Below are positions 13,161-27,100 of a stretch of 64,000 nt of DNA, piece after piece. The stretch is from contig BFEA01000021.1 in NCBI GenBank assembly GCA_003427395.1, positions 867,216 through 931,215 of the forward strand. Reading direction: 5' to 3'. The stretch comes from Chara braunii. Its lineage: Eukaryota > Plantae > Charophyceae. Below the pieces are notes generated by a model, which saw nothing but the letters and a program-made list of their open reading frames with translations, was not told the origin of the DNA and searched no databases. Within the stretch, counting starts at the first letter, position 1; each line of letters starts with the position of its first letter. The position numbers were made by a program, and so were the translations under genes.

Positions 13161-13741
13161 AGCTAGGTTGTTTTACCGGACGTCCGGGACCCCCATGACC
13201 GTCCGAGATGTCCGACTGGACGTCTGGTCGGACGTCGGATCAGACAGGGGTTGTCCGACCTAGCAAAAAAAAAAAAAAAAAAAAAAACATTTTTTTTTTT
13301 TGAAAAGAATCAAAAGATCAAAGATCTACTCATAGAATTTAGAGCAATCGTATGGCTGTCTCTTATACACATCTAGATGTGTATAAGAGACAGTGCATAA
13401 GGTGTATGCCACCAAAATTTTGGCTCATTTCAGCCTGGAGAAAAAAAAGATAAAAATCTTCAAAGTTTATAATCCCCACCTATACCCCTCCTATCCCCAC
13501 CAAAACCCCTCGTACCCCCCCTCTCGCCCCAAATAGTACTCTATCACTAAATCCTCAGAAAATTCTGAATTTTTTTATGGGGGATCTGTATGGCATGCGC
13601 AACACTTTCATTTTTTTTTTGTTTTTTTTTTTTTTAAATGTCAAAAAGTGGTTGTCCGGGATCCGAGACAACCCCCCTACTGGACGGTTGGGGGAGACGT
13701 CCGGCCGAGACGTCCGGCCATCGGACGACTGGTAACGTAGC
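13161..13741. mobile_element. Possible MITE with GC-rich GACGTC/GTCCG subterminal repeats
   Basis: Imperfect inverted ends (GCTAGG..TTACCGGACGTCC / GGACGACTGGTAACGTAGC), GACGTC/GTCCG motifs clustered at both ends, AT-rich core. No clear TSD. Confidence 0.4.
13356..13393. other. Nextera mate-pair junction adapter (assembly artefact)
   Basis: Exact CTGTCTCTTATACACATCT+AGATGTGTATAAGAGACAG, i.e. two Tn5 mosaic ends back to back. Confidence 0.97.
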
Positions 13742-16485
13742 GGGAAAATCCATTTTTGGCCGGCGGGGGTAGTGGTGGTTTTATTTGTGTCTTAATTGGT
13801 ATCCTACCGTAATATATTGTTTCCATGTTACATTGTTTCCCGCATAGACAGCAACAACCAGCCAACCATAGATAAGCAGAAAAATAAGAAAAAGTTTGAT
13901 TTTAAGCCTTGAGAGACATTAGTCCTGGTGTAGAATGTCAGGTTACGACAATCCACCAGTAGTACAGTCCTGCTGTACCAAGTACCCATACCACTCCCAT
14001 ACAATCTTTAACCTAGCTTTTTGCCCCAAGCCTCACATTTTGTACCGAATGAACTCCGTAATCAAAACCAATCTGATGTTCTCCAAAGATCGTTTCCTCA
14101 ACCATCGAAAAGTGAGGTCACCGAGCTATCCTTGATGCACTTTCTCGTTTCGTGACTTCCATATGACCCATAGGTATGTGTCCCCGCGGTCGGGATCGCA
14201 ACAGAGGTCGCGGACCGTCGTGGTTGGGTCACGGCCGTAGGCCTTCGAGGATTTTTCCCCGCCGAATTAATGAGAGAAAGAGGGGTTGTAGGGTTTCTTA
14301 AACAACAACCCCAATTTTTTTTCAAACTGCCGACTTTTTAGTATTTAAAAAAATATAAAACGAAAACTGTAAAAAAAGAAAGATAAGACATAACTTTCAT
14401 GCTGATTGTCTGCATAGATGAGTTTATTATCAATATTTTGATTGCGTCAGTCGGTCAGAGGTTCCGACATATAGTCAATTTTTTTCTTTGATGCTGAAGA
14501 AATACCTATTTGTCGAGGAATTTTGCTTGTTCATGTTATTCGTTAAATTTGGTTTTGTTTTTAACTACTTGCTACTTTTTTTTAAGGTAGACAAAACTTA
14601 ATTTTCTACTTCAAATTAAGTTTGTTTCATACGTCTCTCTGTGTAGTCCGAAGGCCACGACTCTTGCCCGGGCTCACTAAAATAATACGACACTACATAC
14701 AAACAAGGATATCGTATGTATACTCATAAGTCATTGATCTTTCTTTTATATTATTAATTAGTAGCAGCTCATCGTAAAGTCATTGGGGATTCTACACAAA
14801 CATATGTTGGTCTCTTGCGGGCTACTCTCTAATTGAATTTAATTACTTGTACTTACTATCTAAGAACAGACCGCCAGGCACAATTCCAAACGCGCGAAGG
14901 ATTGCAAAAAAATAAAAGCACCATACGAGGACGTAACATGTATATATTTTTGAAAAACCTTATTAAAGTTTTTTTTTTCATAACTACCCTATCAAAATAC
15001 ACGAAAATTTTATTAATGTAACCATTAAAATGAATTTCTTACGCTTATTACCAAAAATAAAATTATTTCTAAATTTTTGAACACCTTGAAATTGCTTATT
15101 ACACCTAAACCTAAATACAAAGAATGAGATACAAGTAAAGGGCTATGACTTCAATGTGACAATTGTAATATCATGCTATATGTAAAGTTTCTAAACAAAA
15201 TCGACGAATCTGTGAAGAATATGATTATCATCTAAAAATGAATAACACAAAAATAATCAAATTCCTTATTGATCATTACACTTGACAACCAATTGATAGT
15301 AAAATGCTATCCTATGATATTTTTGAATTTTTGGATCAACAAAACTATAGTGTGAGATACCCTGCTACTTGTAAGGTTTGTTGTATACATAAGCATTCTA
15401 TTTTGCATTTGCATATGGAGTGAATGAAATTGAAAAAGTAGTTAGATTCTCAAAAGCGCGAGTTATCTAGCTATTTGTCTGAATATAGATTGCTTGAGAT
15501 TGATCAGTAATGGGAGGTTTCAGTACGAACAATCCACTACTTTTGTGTGTCATATTAAGAAGAACCCAAAGAGAATATAAAAAGGGACGTACTCCAAGAA
15601 GAAGCACCTCTACGTAAAAAAAAAAAAGGTGAATGCCTCAGAAAAAAAAAACGAGGAAAATAATGAACCGCTGTGAAATGTTGAATTGACTTATGGGTGC
15701 TAAAAATCATCCGAATATGGTATAATTGTAGCTACGAGTACGTCAAAAGGGTGTACTTCGATTTACATAAGGAATGTGAGAAGATTTAAGGATGAAAAAA
15801 AACAGATGACAAGCACAAATTATTAAATAGAACGAGGAATTAAGCTCTGGGATGTCATTTAAGAAACTTACGATTATGTAGAGACAAGTGAGTTAAAAAT
15901 AGGAAAGGGGATGTTGAGTCTTTGTCGACCTGTGTGTGTGGAGGTCGCTATCACACTTCATTAACAAAAAAGTCCGCAGGAAGGATCCACACGAATTGCA
16001 TTTATCTGTTATCTCTCGGTAACATGTTGTTTTTTTTTACCGATTCAGCTACTCCCCCTTTGACTTGATACCTACAACTAAAGACAAACCTTGTCGCTAG
16101 TAAGACTATTCCCTACATCCGAGTGCCTGAATGATCCTCTTCAGTCTCTGAGGTCCCTTGAAATAAAGTGAGGGGGTTGGGCTCAATGAGTTTTATGAAA
16201 GATAGGGTTGTTAGGCATGGATTGGGGGATGTGAGGCACAAGTCGATGATGAGGACTGAAAGTTGACTCCTTTAGTGCACAATATATGAATTGTCTTTGC
16301 ATGTCCTTGTGCAAATCTTTCGTATAAGCATGTTAGGCTAAGTTGGGTTAAGTGCTTTAAAAATCTCAGGCGTACCACATTTTTGGAAGCGGGAAGTGTT
16401 TCTCTGGTATGAACCGAGTACCTAATATTGTCTGACATACCATTTTGCTTCATAATGATTAAAATTGTAAGCGTCTGTCCATACA

Positions 16486-16678
16486 CCTACCTAAGGGTGG
16501 TGACATCCCTTAGAGGTGAGTTGTACCTCGTGAAGCTCTGTCCTGTCACAGGGAGCCGCGAGAGGTATAACTGACACGCATGGTCCGAGTAGTATCTCCG
16601 CTGACACAAAATTAATACCTTAATCCTGTGTGATATGACCGTGAGGTCCTACGCTTGCCGCAGGCTGTGAGACCGCCA
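16486..16678 (+). other. Conserved structured non-coding motif, copy B
   Basis: CTAAGGG-TGGTGACAT-CCCTTAG hairpin followed by an AGTTGTAC...GTATAACT stem. Homologous to 3600-3803. Confidence 0.6.
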
Positions 16679-16696
16679 TGAACGGACTTACCAAGC

Positions 16697-17000
16697 GCTC
16701 CATCAAATAACTTGGCTATGGGGGTCACCCCTCGATACATGCCCATGAGCATTTGAGCTGCTTTGAATAACCAGCGTCAACATTAAATGGCAATGCCTAA
16801 CTTAAAGAGATACTCACAAGAGGGTTTTTTCGAATCACCTCTGGACGTTGCTCCATCAAAGAACTTGGCTATGGGGCTCACTCCTCCATACATACCAATG
16901 AGCAGTTGAGCAGCTTTGAATAACCAGCGCCAACATTAAACGACAATGCGCAAATTAAAGAGAAACTCATAGGAGGGTTTTTTCGAATGACCTCTGGACG
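16697..17000. repeat. Tandem duplication, ~153-bp unit x2
   Basis: GCTCCATCAAA.AACTTGGCTATGGG...GAGGGTTTTTTCGAAT.ACCTCTGGACGT occurs at ~16697 and ~16851. Confidence 0.9.
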
Positions 17001-20000
17001 TAATTGAGGTCCGATACACCGAGGTCACACCAACCGTAATTAAGGTCAAAGGTATCCTTGAAAGTCCTTTTTGAGTGAGTGTGCAACTGGAATGCATGGC
17101 GTATGTGGACCTCACGATCCAATGTACGGCAACTACGATGTACAATACGCGAACCACCACCAAAGACACACCTTCCTTGTGCTAACTCGCTCACCCGAAC
17201 CATAAGGCCTCACTCCACTACTCCCCAAATGTGTAAAATGAGAATGATCTTCATGTAGAACATGGGAAGCTACACCGCCATATTCTTTGGTTTTTGTACA
17301 TGTGGTGAGTAGTGGAGCGAGGCCCATACATAGCGGGTGTACCACCTACCGTGTCCACCATGACTACCTAGACGGTCATATGGAAAACATGACAAAAAAA
17401 AAACAGAAAACAAAAAAACGTGACGGACAAATAAAACACTTGAAAGATCAGCGGAAAGGCATCAGAACCCCTCCTTCCCCTCCCCCTCCCCCCCCGCCCC
17501 CAACCCTCCTTGAGATCGAATACGGTCATGGCAGAAGGGCCCGTGCGGATAAGAAATCTGCGTGTTCGGTGATGGTGAGCACCACATGGGGCCTACATGC
17601 ACCAATTGCCATCCACTTACTTTTCTTTTCTTTTATCCTGATCAGCCAACATACATTCATAAGCTTGGTGGATAAACCACGTCTTCAGGTAGTCTAAGGT
17701 TGGGACCCCACAAGAGTGAGGAAATAAAATTGTCGTGGAAGTGTTTCCAAGACCCCCCACGTCGTGAAAAATGTTTTGTAAAGGTCGAAATGTCTTCTGA
17801 AAACTATTTTCCGGGACCCTACTGCCCGCATTTCGTGGCTTGGAAGATTTGGTGTGGACATTTTCACATTGCCCATGGTCTGGAAAAGGGGCAAAGGAGG
17901 AATTGACGCCACAAATTTGTGCCGAAAGCTGAGGTTGGCCTCCTGAGCCGTCTTCAACTTTTCCAAAACCAGGTTTCGTGGATGGTGCATGGATTGTTCG
18001 TCCATGGCATGTCCGACGTTCGTGGAACGTGCGAGCCTGGAGCGTATTGTCGCACGGTGGTACCGGGCCCGAGGCCGTCCGTTCTAGTACGACTGGAAAA
18101 AAAAAAAAAAACGGTCGGAAAAACTACTCCATTTCAAAATTTGAATTTGAAATACCTCCGGTACACGAACGCAGGGGGCTGCATATCGTTGTCCTCACCA
18201 ACCGGATGACGTTCGTCGATCACTGTCCCTGCAGGCTTTTGTGACAACCATCCACGTGCGATCACGGATTGACCACCATCGCCTACGGCCGGTTGTGCCT
18301 CTGTCATCGTCACCCTGTTGCCCACCGAAATCCATGCACATCTTTTGCCAACTCCATCGTCGTCCTGCAGAGTGGGCCTCGACATGTCGACGTGCATATG
18401 CCATCGCCAACAATTACATGCATGCAGGGAGGCTGTCTAACCGCTGAACAATCCCGTACACTGCTGGGTGTTTTAGGGCAGTGTTGCGGCAACCTGCACG
18501 TCCATCACTCGCACATCTTCTGTGCGTGCGGTGATCCCTGTGGCGGTGGACATTGATGTTGTCGTTCGTGTCATCCGTCGTGCGCTCGTCCGTGGTGGAA
18601 GGCGGACCTCGATACCGGACGTTGCTGACGGGGCGATGTCGACGCGAATTCCCTTACCAGGGTATCCGCCCCGTTTTTTGCAAATGACAGGAAATAAGTT
18701 TTGTTCAAAATTTGAGTACACTGCACGAGTCGCGGTTGTGTTTTGTTCACTCTGACTGAGTGGTTGACAAGAAGCAAAGTGTGTGTGGGCGCGCAGTTTT
18801 GAGGCGTGCGTGATGATTTTTATTCTTGATGCTATAGAGTCGGCGTTCTCGCCGACAAAAGTTTTGGCTTTGATTAAGACTAGGAAATTTATTATTATTA
18901 TTACTAAAGTGACCATAATACATCTGCATTCATACGACATGCGTCATCGGAAGTGGTGTTGCTTTGGGCAGTAATTGGGGTGTGCGAGAGAAAGTAGAAC
19001 GCAAGCGGCGACCTCCGTGCGGTAGATGTGGGAGGTTGACAGTCGTGGACGGAGCCAGGACCTATGAGCGGCGGGCGTCATAGTTCGGTAGTCGTGAGCT
19101 TGGTCCGAAGGCAAAGGAGTAGCCTTGATGTATTTTGGTAGGCCCGCGTGCCGTGCGGCAACAACTGATATTGAATTTTGCAGTAGTCTGTCTCAGCCTT
19201 GGGTACTAGCACTATTGGTAACAGCATTTGACTTTCAAAGCAGAGGGACGAGGATCGAGGGCGGTGGTGAGCGACGATGGAGCATTGGAACGATTGAAGA
19301 TACTGAATGGTTGAGGGTCTGACGGAGCTATCCCCCTTGTGTTTGTTGTCGGCCCATCCGTGGGTCCGGTCGGCAGACATGAAAGGGGCACCAACGGTTT
19401 TCCTTCCCCAAAGCGCGAGTTCTCGATGCTCGTATTTTTACTTTTTCTTTTTATTTTTTAGTTGCTGGTCCCGTTTCTGGGACACGACGACAGTGCTAAT
19501 ACCGGAGTTGTGGGCGGGGAAAGCGGGCATAGCTCAATTGATGCGCGTATGAACTGTTGAAACCACGGACCGAGGAGTTTAACGTGTGTACGAGCCGGTG
19601 GGTGATTAGCCCACACGGTGGGAGGAACCTGAGTATCGGGGGCCATCTCCGGGTGCACTGTCCGCCAACCGCGATTTGCTGTGAAAGGTTTGAGTGGGAG
19701 TATGCCCGTCGGGGCCCGTGAGGGGTAGGACCGGAAGTACATATTTTGTTGAAGTCCCAGAGGTACCATTTGTGTGCCCATTTGTCAGTGGCGTGGGTCG
19801 CCGCAGGGCAAAGGAAATGCCCTATTTATTTATTTTGTGTATTTTCCTACTTTTACTATCTTTTTATTTTCTCCGAGAATTAAACATAGGATTTGTGAAA
19901 ACCTAACAAAACAAATTGTTAGGTTTGCACGAAATCTATTCAAGATTATGATAGTACGTTTTTCAGGTCTCCTACAGGAACAAAATTCTACGTGAAGTGA

Positions 20001-20160
20001 AACATCCGTAAAAAAGAGAACAGAAAATTACATTTTCAGAACTACTGGGGGGGTGGCGAGGAAAAAAACGTTTTTTTTCATAGAAAACCACGACCTGGTG
20101 AAACACCGTAGGTTCAAGAACTGAAATATCCTGATTTTTTGTTATCCAAAAAAATTGTGT

Positions 20161-20675
20161 TTATAGTCCTATAAGATGTGTAGCACGATGAATTTATTCG
20201 GGAGTTTTCCGAACGCGCAAACATATTCTCCTGTTTAGGAATACGTTCGCTTGAACATGGTTTCCCATACTTGGGCGAATATATTATTTTTTATTGTTGA
20301 TTTAATTTTTTTCCCTATATTTTTATTTTAAACTCGTGTTTGGCTAAGAATTTCAAGGTGTCTCCGAGACAAAAGTTGTTTGTATTCTTATTTTAAATGA
20401 CATATATTTTTTGATAAGGGTTTTATTGTTAAGTTCAAAAGTGATTTATAGTCCTATAAATTATTTTGTGTAGAGCTTGGTTTTTACCTAACTACGGAAA
20501 CTGACTTATAGTCCTATAAATGAGTATTCACCAAAACACGTTTTTTTTTTTTACAGTGTTCGAGCTGTCTCTTATACACATCTAGATGTGTATAAGAGAC
20601 AGGAATTAAAAATTACCCTGTTTGAACTCTGTTTTTTTGCCAATCTACTGAGAATGACTTATAGTCATATAAAAG
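20161..20675. repeat. Dispersed TTATAGTC(C/A)TATAA motifs, likely subterminal repeats of a DNA transposon end
   Basis: Copies at 20161, 20446, 20506 and 20659 in AT-rich sequence. Confidence 0.5.
20565..20602. other. Nextera mate-pair junction adapter (assembly artefact)
   Basis: Exact 38-bp CTGTCTCTTATACACATCTAGATGTGTATAAGAGACAG. Confidence 0.97.
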
Positions 20676-23329
20676 CATTTTGCAAGGAAGGGTTTTCTTG
20701 CACGTTTTGAGGAACGCTAGACTTTTCACCTGATTTTTTGCCTCCTTTATTGCAAAACGATTAAAAACGCTCTCTTTTTGTGTAAAAAATAACAGTTTGA
20801 CTTTTACTTTTTCATTCTATAAGAAATGTTAGGTTTTCTCCGATTGTGAGGTTTTCATGAATCCCCTGTTATTGGTGAAAATCCGTTCACGAGGAGTTCT
20901 TGCACAAATATGACAGAGCTGCATGACCAGCAAAGTACCAAATTGTCATTGCTGCAGACGGCCAGGGCATTGTCCCATCTGAACAGGTACAGCAGTATGA
21001 CCCGAACCATACTCATTGGGGCCTGGCAGGTGGTGAACGAGGCATGGGCACCAAGGGGGCCAGGGGCACTGCGGTGGAGGCCCACAACGATATTGATCTG
21101 CAAATCGTCCATCGGACCAGGCCGTCGAGTAGCGGGTTCCTTCATAGGTTTTCCCTCGGGATAACCGGAGCTATGGAACAACCTTACTACGCAGCTGTGA
21201 GACCATGATGCACTGCGGTAGGGGGACTGTTGTGACCCCTGCGCCTGGTACCAGGGCTGGGTAGGCAGAAAGGGCCTAGCTCAGTTGGTGCAACCATAAC
21301 TGTTGAAATACAGCCCTGAGTTCAAGCTCCACTAGAAGCGGGTGAGTAGAACGTTGCAGTCATGAATTACCTGGGGTTGGTCAGTTCAATAATGGTATCT
21401 GCAAGCGAGGACCCGTGTCGTGGTCCTTCGGGACCAATTAAAATTGGAATGATACAAAGAAGGTTGTCAAGGCTCTCCACATGTAAATCATCGACTGACC
21501 TTTCCCCATTATTTAGAGCGGCCGAACGGGCTGAAACAGGTAGACTCCGTCCAGTTTCCATGTGAGGCTGTCAAAAGCGCTAGAGCTACCGAGGTGCGAG
21601 GTGGAGAACGAAATGAAGAGGGGGAAGAGCACAAAGAGTTGACGAAGGAAGAAGAAGAAGTAGAGGGGAACCCGCTACTGATCGTGTTCCTCGTGGTGGT
21701 CACACTGATGTGGATAGCACGCACCCTGCTCCTCGTGATCATCATCTTCATACTCGATGCTACTTGGTGTCGTGCCCATCTCCGAGCTCACATACATGGA
21801 AGAGAAGGCCGTGCTCGTAGTGACCGCGCTGCTGATTCGTGGCGATTACGTTGCCGCTCCCGACCGTTATCTCCCCGCTGGCGGTCGTCCTCCCGCCTGT
21901 AGCAACGAATGCTTGCTCTGCTGATAAGTTTCGAGTGAACCTGGTCAGGACGCAGGCCAAATGCATTAGCAAAAACGCGGCCGGGAGAGTCCCCCTCCGG
22001 GATCGATGCGCACGACAGCGGGTGTTGTTCCACGTTATGCCGGACGCATCGTATTCAATGAGGGTCAGTTGGGAGCGTGGCAGAGCCGACGTACGTGGGG
22101 ATTTAAGGATGGTCGCCACTCGGTGCCGCACTGGTGCCGACTTCTGTGCATCACATTCCCTGTGCAGACAGTGAGCCCTGAAGAGGTTCGAATCGACTGC
22201 CTGACCATTATCATCTTCGTCATTGACGACAACAGGCAACACTTGTCTTTGTTGGGCATGCTCGTTTGGGGGGTGGTGATTGTTGCATCAGTCTTTGTAG
22301 CCTTCCTTGCGTTGTTAGGGGTTTGTAGCCTTCCTGGCCGCCGTTGCTTTCCTGGCCACAAGACGGTAGATTCGTAGTACTTCTTCACAGTGCTGTCGTC
22401 TGGTGTGGGGTGTAGGAATGGATGGGTGTAGTTTCACCGCCGAGCTGTATGGTGATGTGTCAAGCTCCAACAACTATCAGGATGCGGGGGGTCAGGAGAG
22501 CGAATCTTTGCAACATGGAAGGTTCGACGGACGTGTTCCGCCTTCGTTCTGGAGGTACTTGTCGCAGGAGGGGTCCGACGTTTTGTCTCCCAAGCTACCT
22601 GCAGCCAATTCCAGCACAACGTCGATATGTAGGCGCAAGCATTCACATCTGGCGCCCCTCGAATGACGGTGACAAACATCGCCAGGCAGGACCTTCCTTC
22701 AATGTCAGCAAACGCCACGGGACACTGACCGTACCATTCATACGATCAGTGGGGAGGGTCATGTACCGTAGACCTACGAGTGTGGGTTCCCCGGATCAGT
22801 CCCCGCTCCCGCCGGGGTCCAATCTGAGGCCCCTGTCCGTCTTGCCGTCGTCAGCTCGGAAGGGCAGGGGGGAACAAAGATCCATTCAACTGTTTTCATC
22901 ACCCCTGTCCGATCGACCATCGATGCAGCTTCGTTCACATCAGAGCATTGTTTTGCGTCATGGGGGAGGCCATGTAACCGCCGGCGGGGCGGGGGCTGGG
23001 TTGACACAATTTTAAATGCAGACGGAGATTGGTGGTTGAGGGTGAGGCGAGAGGGACGGATGGCACAATTGGGCATGGCATGCTTCGCCCGACAAGCACA
23101 AAGGTTCCTGCTTGTGGAGGGGAATGCAAGAACCAAACAACAGAGGAGTACATTTCGAATATGGGCGGTGAAAGTTGGGGGTGATGGTGTGGAAGGTTCT
23201 GCTGTCGGTAGTGGAGGACTGGTGACAGCCACTGCTGGTGCGTCTTCTAAGGGATGTCAGACACGCAATAACGTGGCAGATGCGGGTGGGCTGCGCCGGA
23301 AGGGGGCAAGGTGGACCGGTCCCCCAAAG

Positions 23330-23700
23330 AAGAACTTAGAACAGTCCTTGGACATTGAAGTAGAGAGTGAAGCTCGCGTTGGAGTGTGCTGAGGACGACA
23401 CTCTTATGGCTGATGTGGAAGGTCCTCAGCGACACATGGCGGGATGCAGAAGATGGGAGTGGACCACCGACCACACAAGAGAGGAGGGATACTCGAGAAG
23501 TGCAGAGGATTGTCGGAAGAAGTGGTCGGAGCTTGTGAAGAAGGTGAGGGAAATCCACGATGCGTCCGACCGATCCGGACAGTCGTCCTATTTCGAGAGA
23601 ACGACAAAAAAATGGAGGAAGTTGAGAGTCACCCTTACGTTTGAGAAAACAGGTGTGGGATGCCATAGAGTGGTACAAGTTGAAGCCATCAGTGAGATGC
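23330..23700 (+). pseudogene. Degraded trihelix (GT-type Myb/SANT-like) DNA-binding domain, possibly a PIF/Harbinger ORF1
   Basis: The 23367 ORF contains WEW..DH.REEGYSRSAEDCRKKWSELVKK.R.I, matching the Myb_DNA-bind_4/trihelix pattern W-x-x-V/I...GY-x-RS-x-x-Q/D-C-x-x-KW-x-N/E-L. Surrounding frames are broken. Confidence 0.75.
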
Positions 23701-23969
23701 GACAACATTATGGCAGCGTAGTCCCCTGTACGTCGTACGAGAGGTCTTTGTACGGTCTGTGCGTACGGACGGGTCCCGTCCGAACGTGCCTGGGCCCAGT
23801 GGGGGGATCATGTGGTCGAGCGCATCGGCTCCCGCCTTTTTGCAAAGGTGTGGGAGCCCTCCTGGCCATGTCATGCAGGAGATAAAAAAAACAAAACCAA
23901 AAGATAACTCGAAAACAACGCAGATAATTCCGTAAACCGTCGAGACGGTCGTGGTAGCATCGTCCTTTC

Positions 23970-24155
23970 GCCGCTCTATCCGAGTGCGCCAGCTGTACAT
24001 CTCGCGGTCCCCTACTACAGGATAGGTTTCCGCGGGGCATAAGCTTTCCCTCCGTAAGGGGTTGTCACCACCCTTAGGGGCATATCCTTACCGAGTTACT
24101 GACCCACGTGCAAAGGCTTTTAAATGCAATGGCAGAGGTAGATCAACCGAGAGCG
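23970..24155 (-). other. Conserved structured non-coding motif, copy C (reverse orientation)
   Basis: Reverse complement reads CTCGGTTGATCTACCTCTGCCATTGCATTTAAAAGC...CCTAAGGGTGGTGACAACCCCTTACGG...TATCCTGTAGTAGGGGACCGCGAGATGTACAGCTGGCGCACTCGG, collinear with 3527-3715. Confidence 0.6.
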
Positions 24156-24156
24156 T

Positions 24157-27100
24157 TTGCTCATTCGGAGAGCAAAGCAGGCCGTCATAGTCTCGCTTAA
24201 ACACCCGCTGCACGCTGACCTCCCGGGAGCTACTAACCTGTACGCAGTGACCGAATACGCCGCCAAGTACTATGGTAACCAAGAACCATTCCCCTCCAAG
24301 ATATCTCAGCAGGCAACTGACAGCGTCACAAATGCGAGGCACCAAGTGCTGCAGGATCTCGAATACGTTCTCTCACCAGCGCACCGGTCTGCATTGGAAC
24401 GCCCACTGACCCCGACCGAGATCCACACCTCCCTCCAACAAATGGGGGACGAAAAAACAACGGGTTTGGATTCGTTCCTCAAAGAATTCTGGCTCGACAC
24501 GATTGGAACAGACCTCATGGACTACATAAATGCAGTTCCGACCGAAGACACATTTGGAGGCCTCCTCAACCAAGGGGTCACCACCCTCTTGTACAAACAA
24601 AATGGTGGCGAAGACACTCACTAACCACATGCTTTCCCATATGACACACCTCCTTCACCCTGACTAGTTCGATTTCATACATGAAAGGAACATACAAAAC
24701 AATATCCTTTCGGTGAATGAGATATAAACTACGCAAGACAAAGAAGGAAGGAAGCAACTGTCTCCTTCATTGTCTTTGAAAAAGCCTATGGCCATGTGGA
24801 TCGGGTCTTCTTGGACCTGTATATGCAAAAATTAAATTTTCGTCCTAATTTCAGGAGGTGGGTGGATACTCTCCAAAGAACAACGACGACCAACGTGATG
24901 GCGAATGATCATTTCTCCAATCCGTTCCCACTTCAGTGATCCTTTAGGCAAGGGGATCCTATTGCCCCGTTGTTGTTCGTTATTGTAATGGAGACCCTTG
25001 CCATGACCATCAGAGCTAACCTGATGATAGAGAAGATAAACATGTCTAAAATCCCGGACCACTACATCCCCCTGACATCACTCTTCGCAGATGATCTGAC
25101 GGTGTTGATCAAGCCCAACTGTTCCTCTCTACATGAGCTGATTACTACCATACACATGTTCTCAATAGCGTCCGATATGGTTGTGAATTGGGGGTATAAG
25201 GCCCAGGGTCGGTGGCTCCACCTCCAAGACCTCCCTCCCACCCCTGACCTGACTATAGCATGGAAACCTCCGGAGGAGGTCATACGGATACTGGGAGTGC
25301 GCCTTACAGCGCCGAAACCCCCGCCTGACCATAGGGCCTCACTGGTGGAGGAGGGCATGCGAAGAATGGCCAAGTGGAGAGGCCCACACACCTTAACAGT
25401 TGGAAGAGTGCTGACACTTAATACCGCAATCTCTTTCGACAATGTGGTATAAAGCGGCATGCTGGCCGATCCCTCCCAAGCAGCTCCAAAGACTGAGGAA
25501 GGCAGCAACAGCATATGTGTGGAAAAATAATGATGAGGACTCCACATTCCTCTTTAGAGTGGTTTGGGACAACATAGCCCAGCCCCGGTCGAAAGGGGGT
25601 TTGACAATCTTGGAGCCGCAAGACCAGTTAAACCACCAGTACCTCCGAGTCTGTTTTTGCCGACCCTGAATTTCATTTCGCTCTGAGTTTTGTCGAGTCT
25701 GGATACCACTTCGTTTTCTTTCTGGTACTCTCACAGAAAGAACAAAAAAAAACAAAAAAGAGGAAGAAAAGTTGCGGTAGTGAACCTCATAAAAGAATAT
25801 ATAAAAAAAGGGAAACAAAGCTTTGGTCGTGATTGCAGTTGTATACATTCTTGGAAGTGGTAGTGTGACTGTGCCCTCAACGAGGGCATCTCAGCCCTGT
25901 GCTTAGGTTGTCAGATTCCAAAAAGAGAATAAAAGGGGAAAAAAACGGGCACATGGATCCGGTCGTGAAAATGGCTGGATACATTCCCCTAAGTGCTAGT
26001 GTGACGAGTCTTACAATCCTCTGACAAAACACAGCTTGAGCAGATCACGAACAACTTGAGCAATTCACGGACAGGGGACTCGTAAAAAACAGACGACCAA
26101 CAAAAAAACGAAAACAGTAACATTCAGAATGTGACCGCCTTACCTGTAAGGTGCATTCTGTGGAGGAAGATTGTGAGCACGGCTTCCTGGACTACCCAGC
26201 CCGACATCATTGCAGTAGAGAAAACATTTTTTTTCCCCCTTTTTCCGTCACCATAAAATTCAGATTTGTGGGACATTGCCGACTCTGTGTCTCACCCCGA
26301 AAAGTTCGGTTACAGGCCAAGACAACGTTTTTTTTCAGAATCATCACCCGATTAATGATGGGGAAAGATGTCTTGTGGGCCCCTTACGCCCACATTTAGA
26401 TTCAATTTGCCAATCTTGCCTCCACCTTGCTGTGGGAGAAGTATGCTATCCATTGCAATGGCTGACCAACCCATCATGGCTGATCCTTGGGCCGACTACA
26501 TCAACTGCTCCCCTACCTGAACAGGCCCGAATACGAAAAGACATAGTCAATGACCCACTATGGCCCAACATGATGAAATTGTGGAGGGAGATGAAAACGT
26601 TCACATTGGAGACAATGGGTCACCAAAGGGGTCTTCATATTATGGGATATTTGAGATTTCCAATGGGGAGCATGTAAAACAGTGGGTCAACTAAAGGACC
26701 AATTGAAATATGTCAAGGGAAGGGAAGAAAACCTGGAACGGTTTCATGATTCCATTCCCCTCGCAGGGATCCGACCCTTGAAGAATGACCCCTCGATTGA
26801 AAAAGTTGACTGGGTGGTTCCTTGGCCCCAAATCAGACTCCCACTCTCCGTTGGCAAGGTGGCAAAAGTGATTGATCAGACTACTCATATAGAAGCGTAC
26901 GAAATAACTTCCCCAGGGTCCAGATGGTCTGCACTACGAAGAAATCAAGAAGGTACACTGACCACAACTGGGCAAACCTTGCCAGAGTGCGGGTGTCCGA
27001 GGGAACGGACCATTTCCACTTCATGTTTCAGTCGTGCTCCCCGATCTTAGCTTTCCCATTTAACCCGGTGGAATGGCAGTGGCCCAGAAATGGGGCCACC

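Noticed and set aside
17900-18600. Harbinger transposase N-terminus on the minus strand (RRRWWSIRDRTW)
   Set aside because: A single weak motif with no downstream DDE core.
13356-20602. Composite Tn5-like transposon bounded by two mosaic-end pairs
   Set aside because: Each site is the synthetic back-to-back mate-pair adapter, with no transposase and no 9-bp TSD.
20855-22400. Coding-like GC-rich fragments (possible gag or other TE ORF remnants)
   Set aside because: No diagnostic motif and frames are short, so no product can be assigned.
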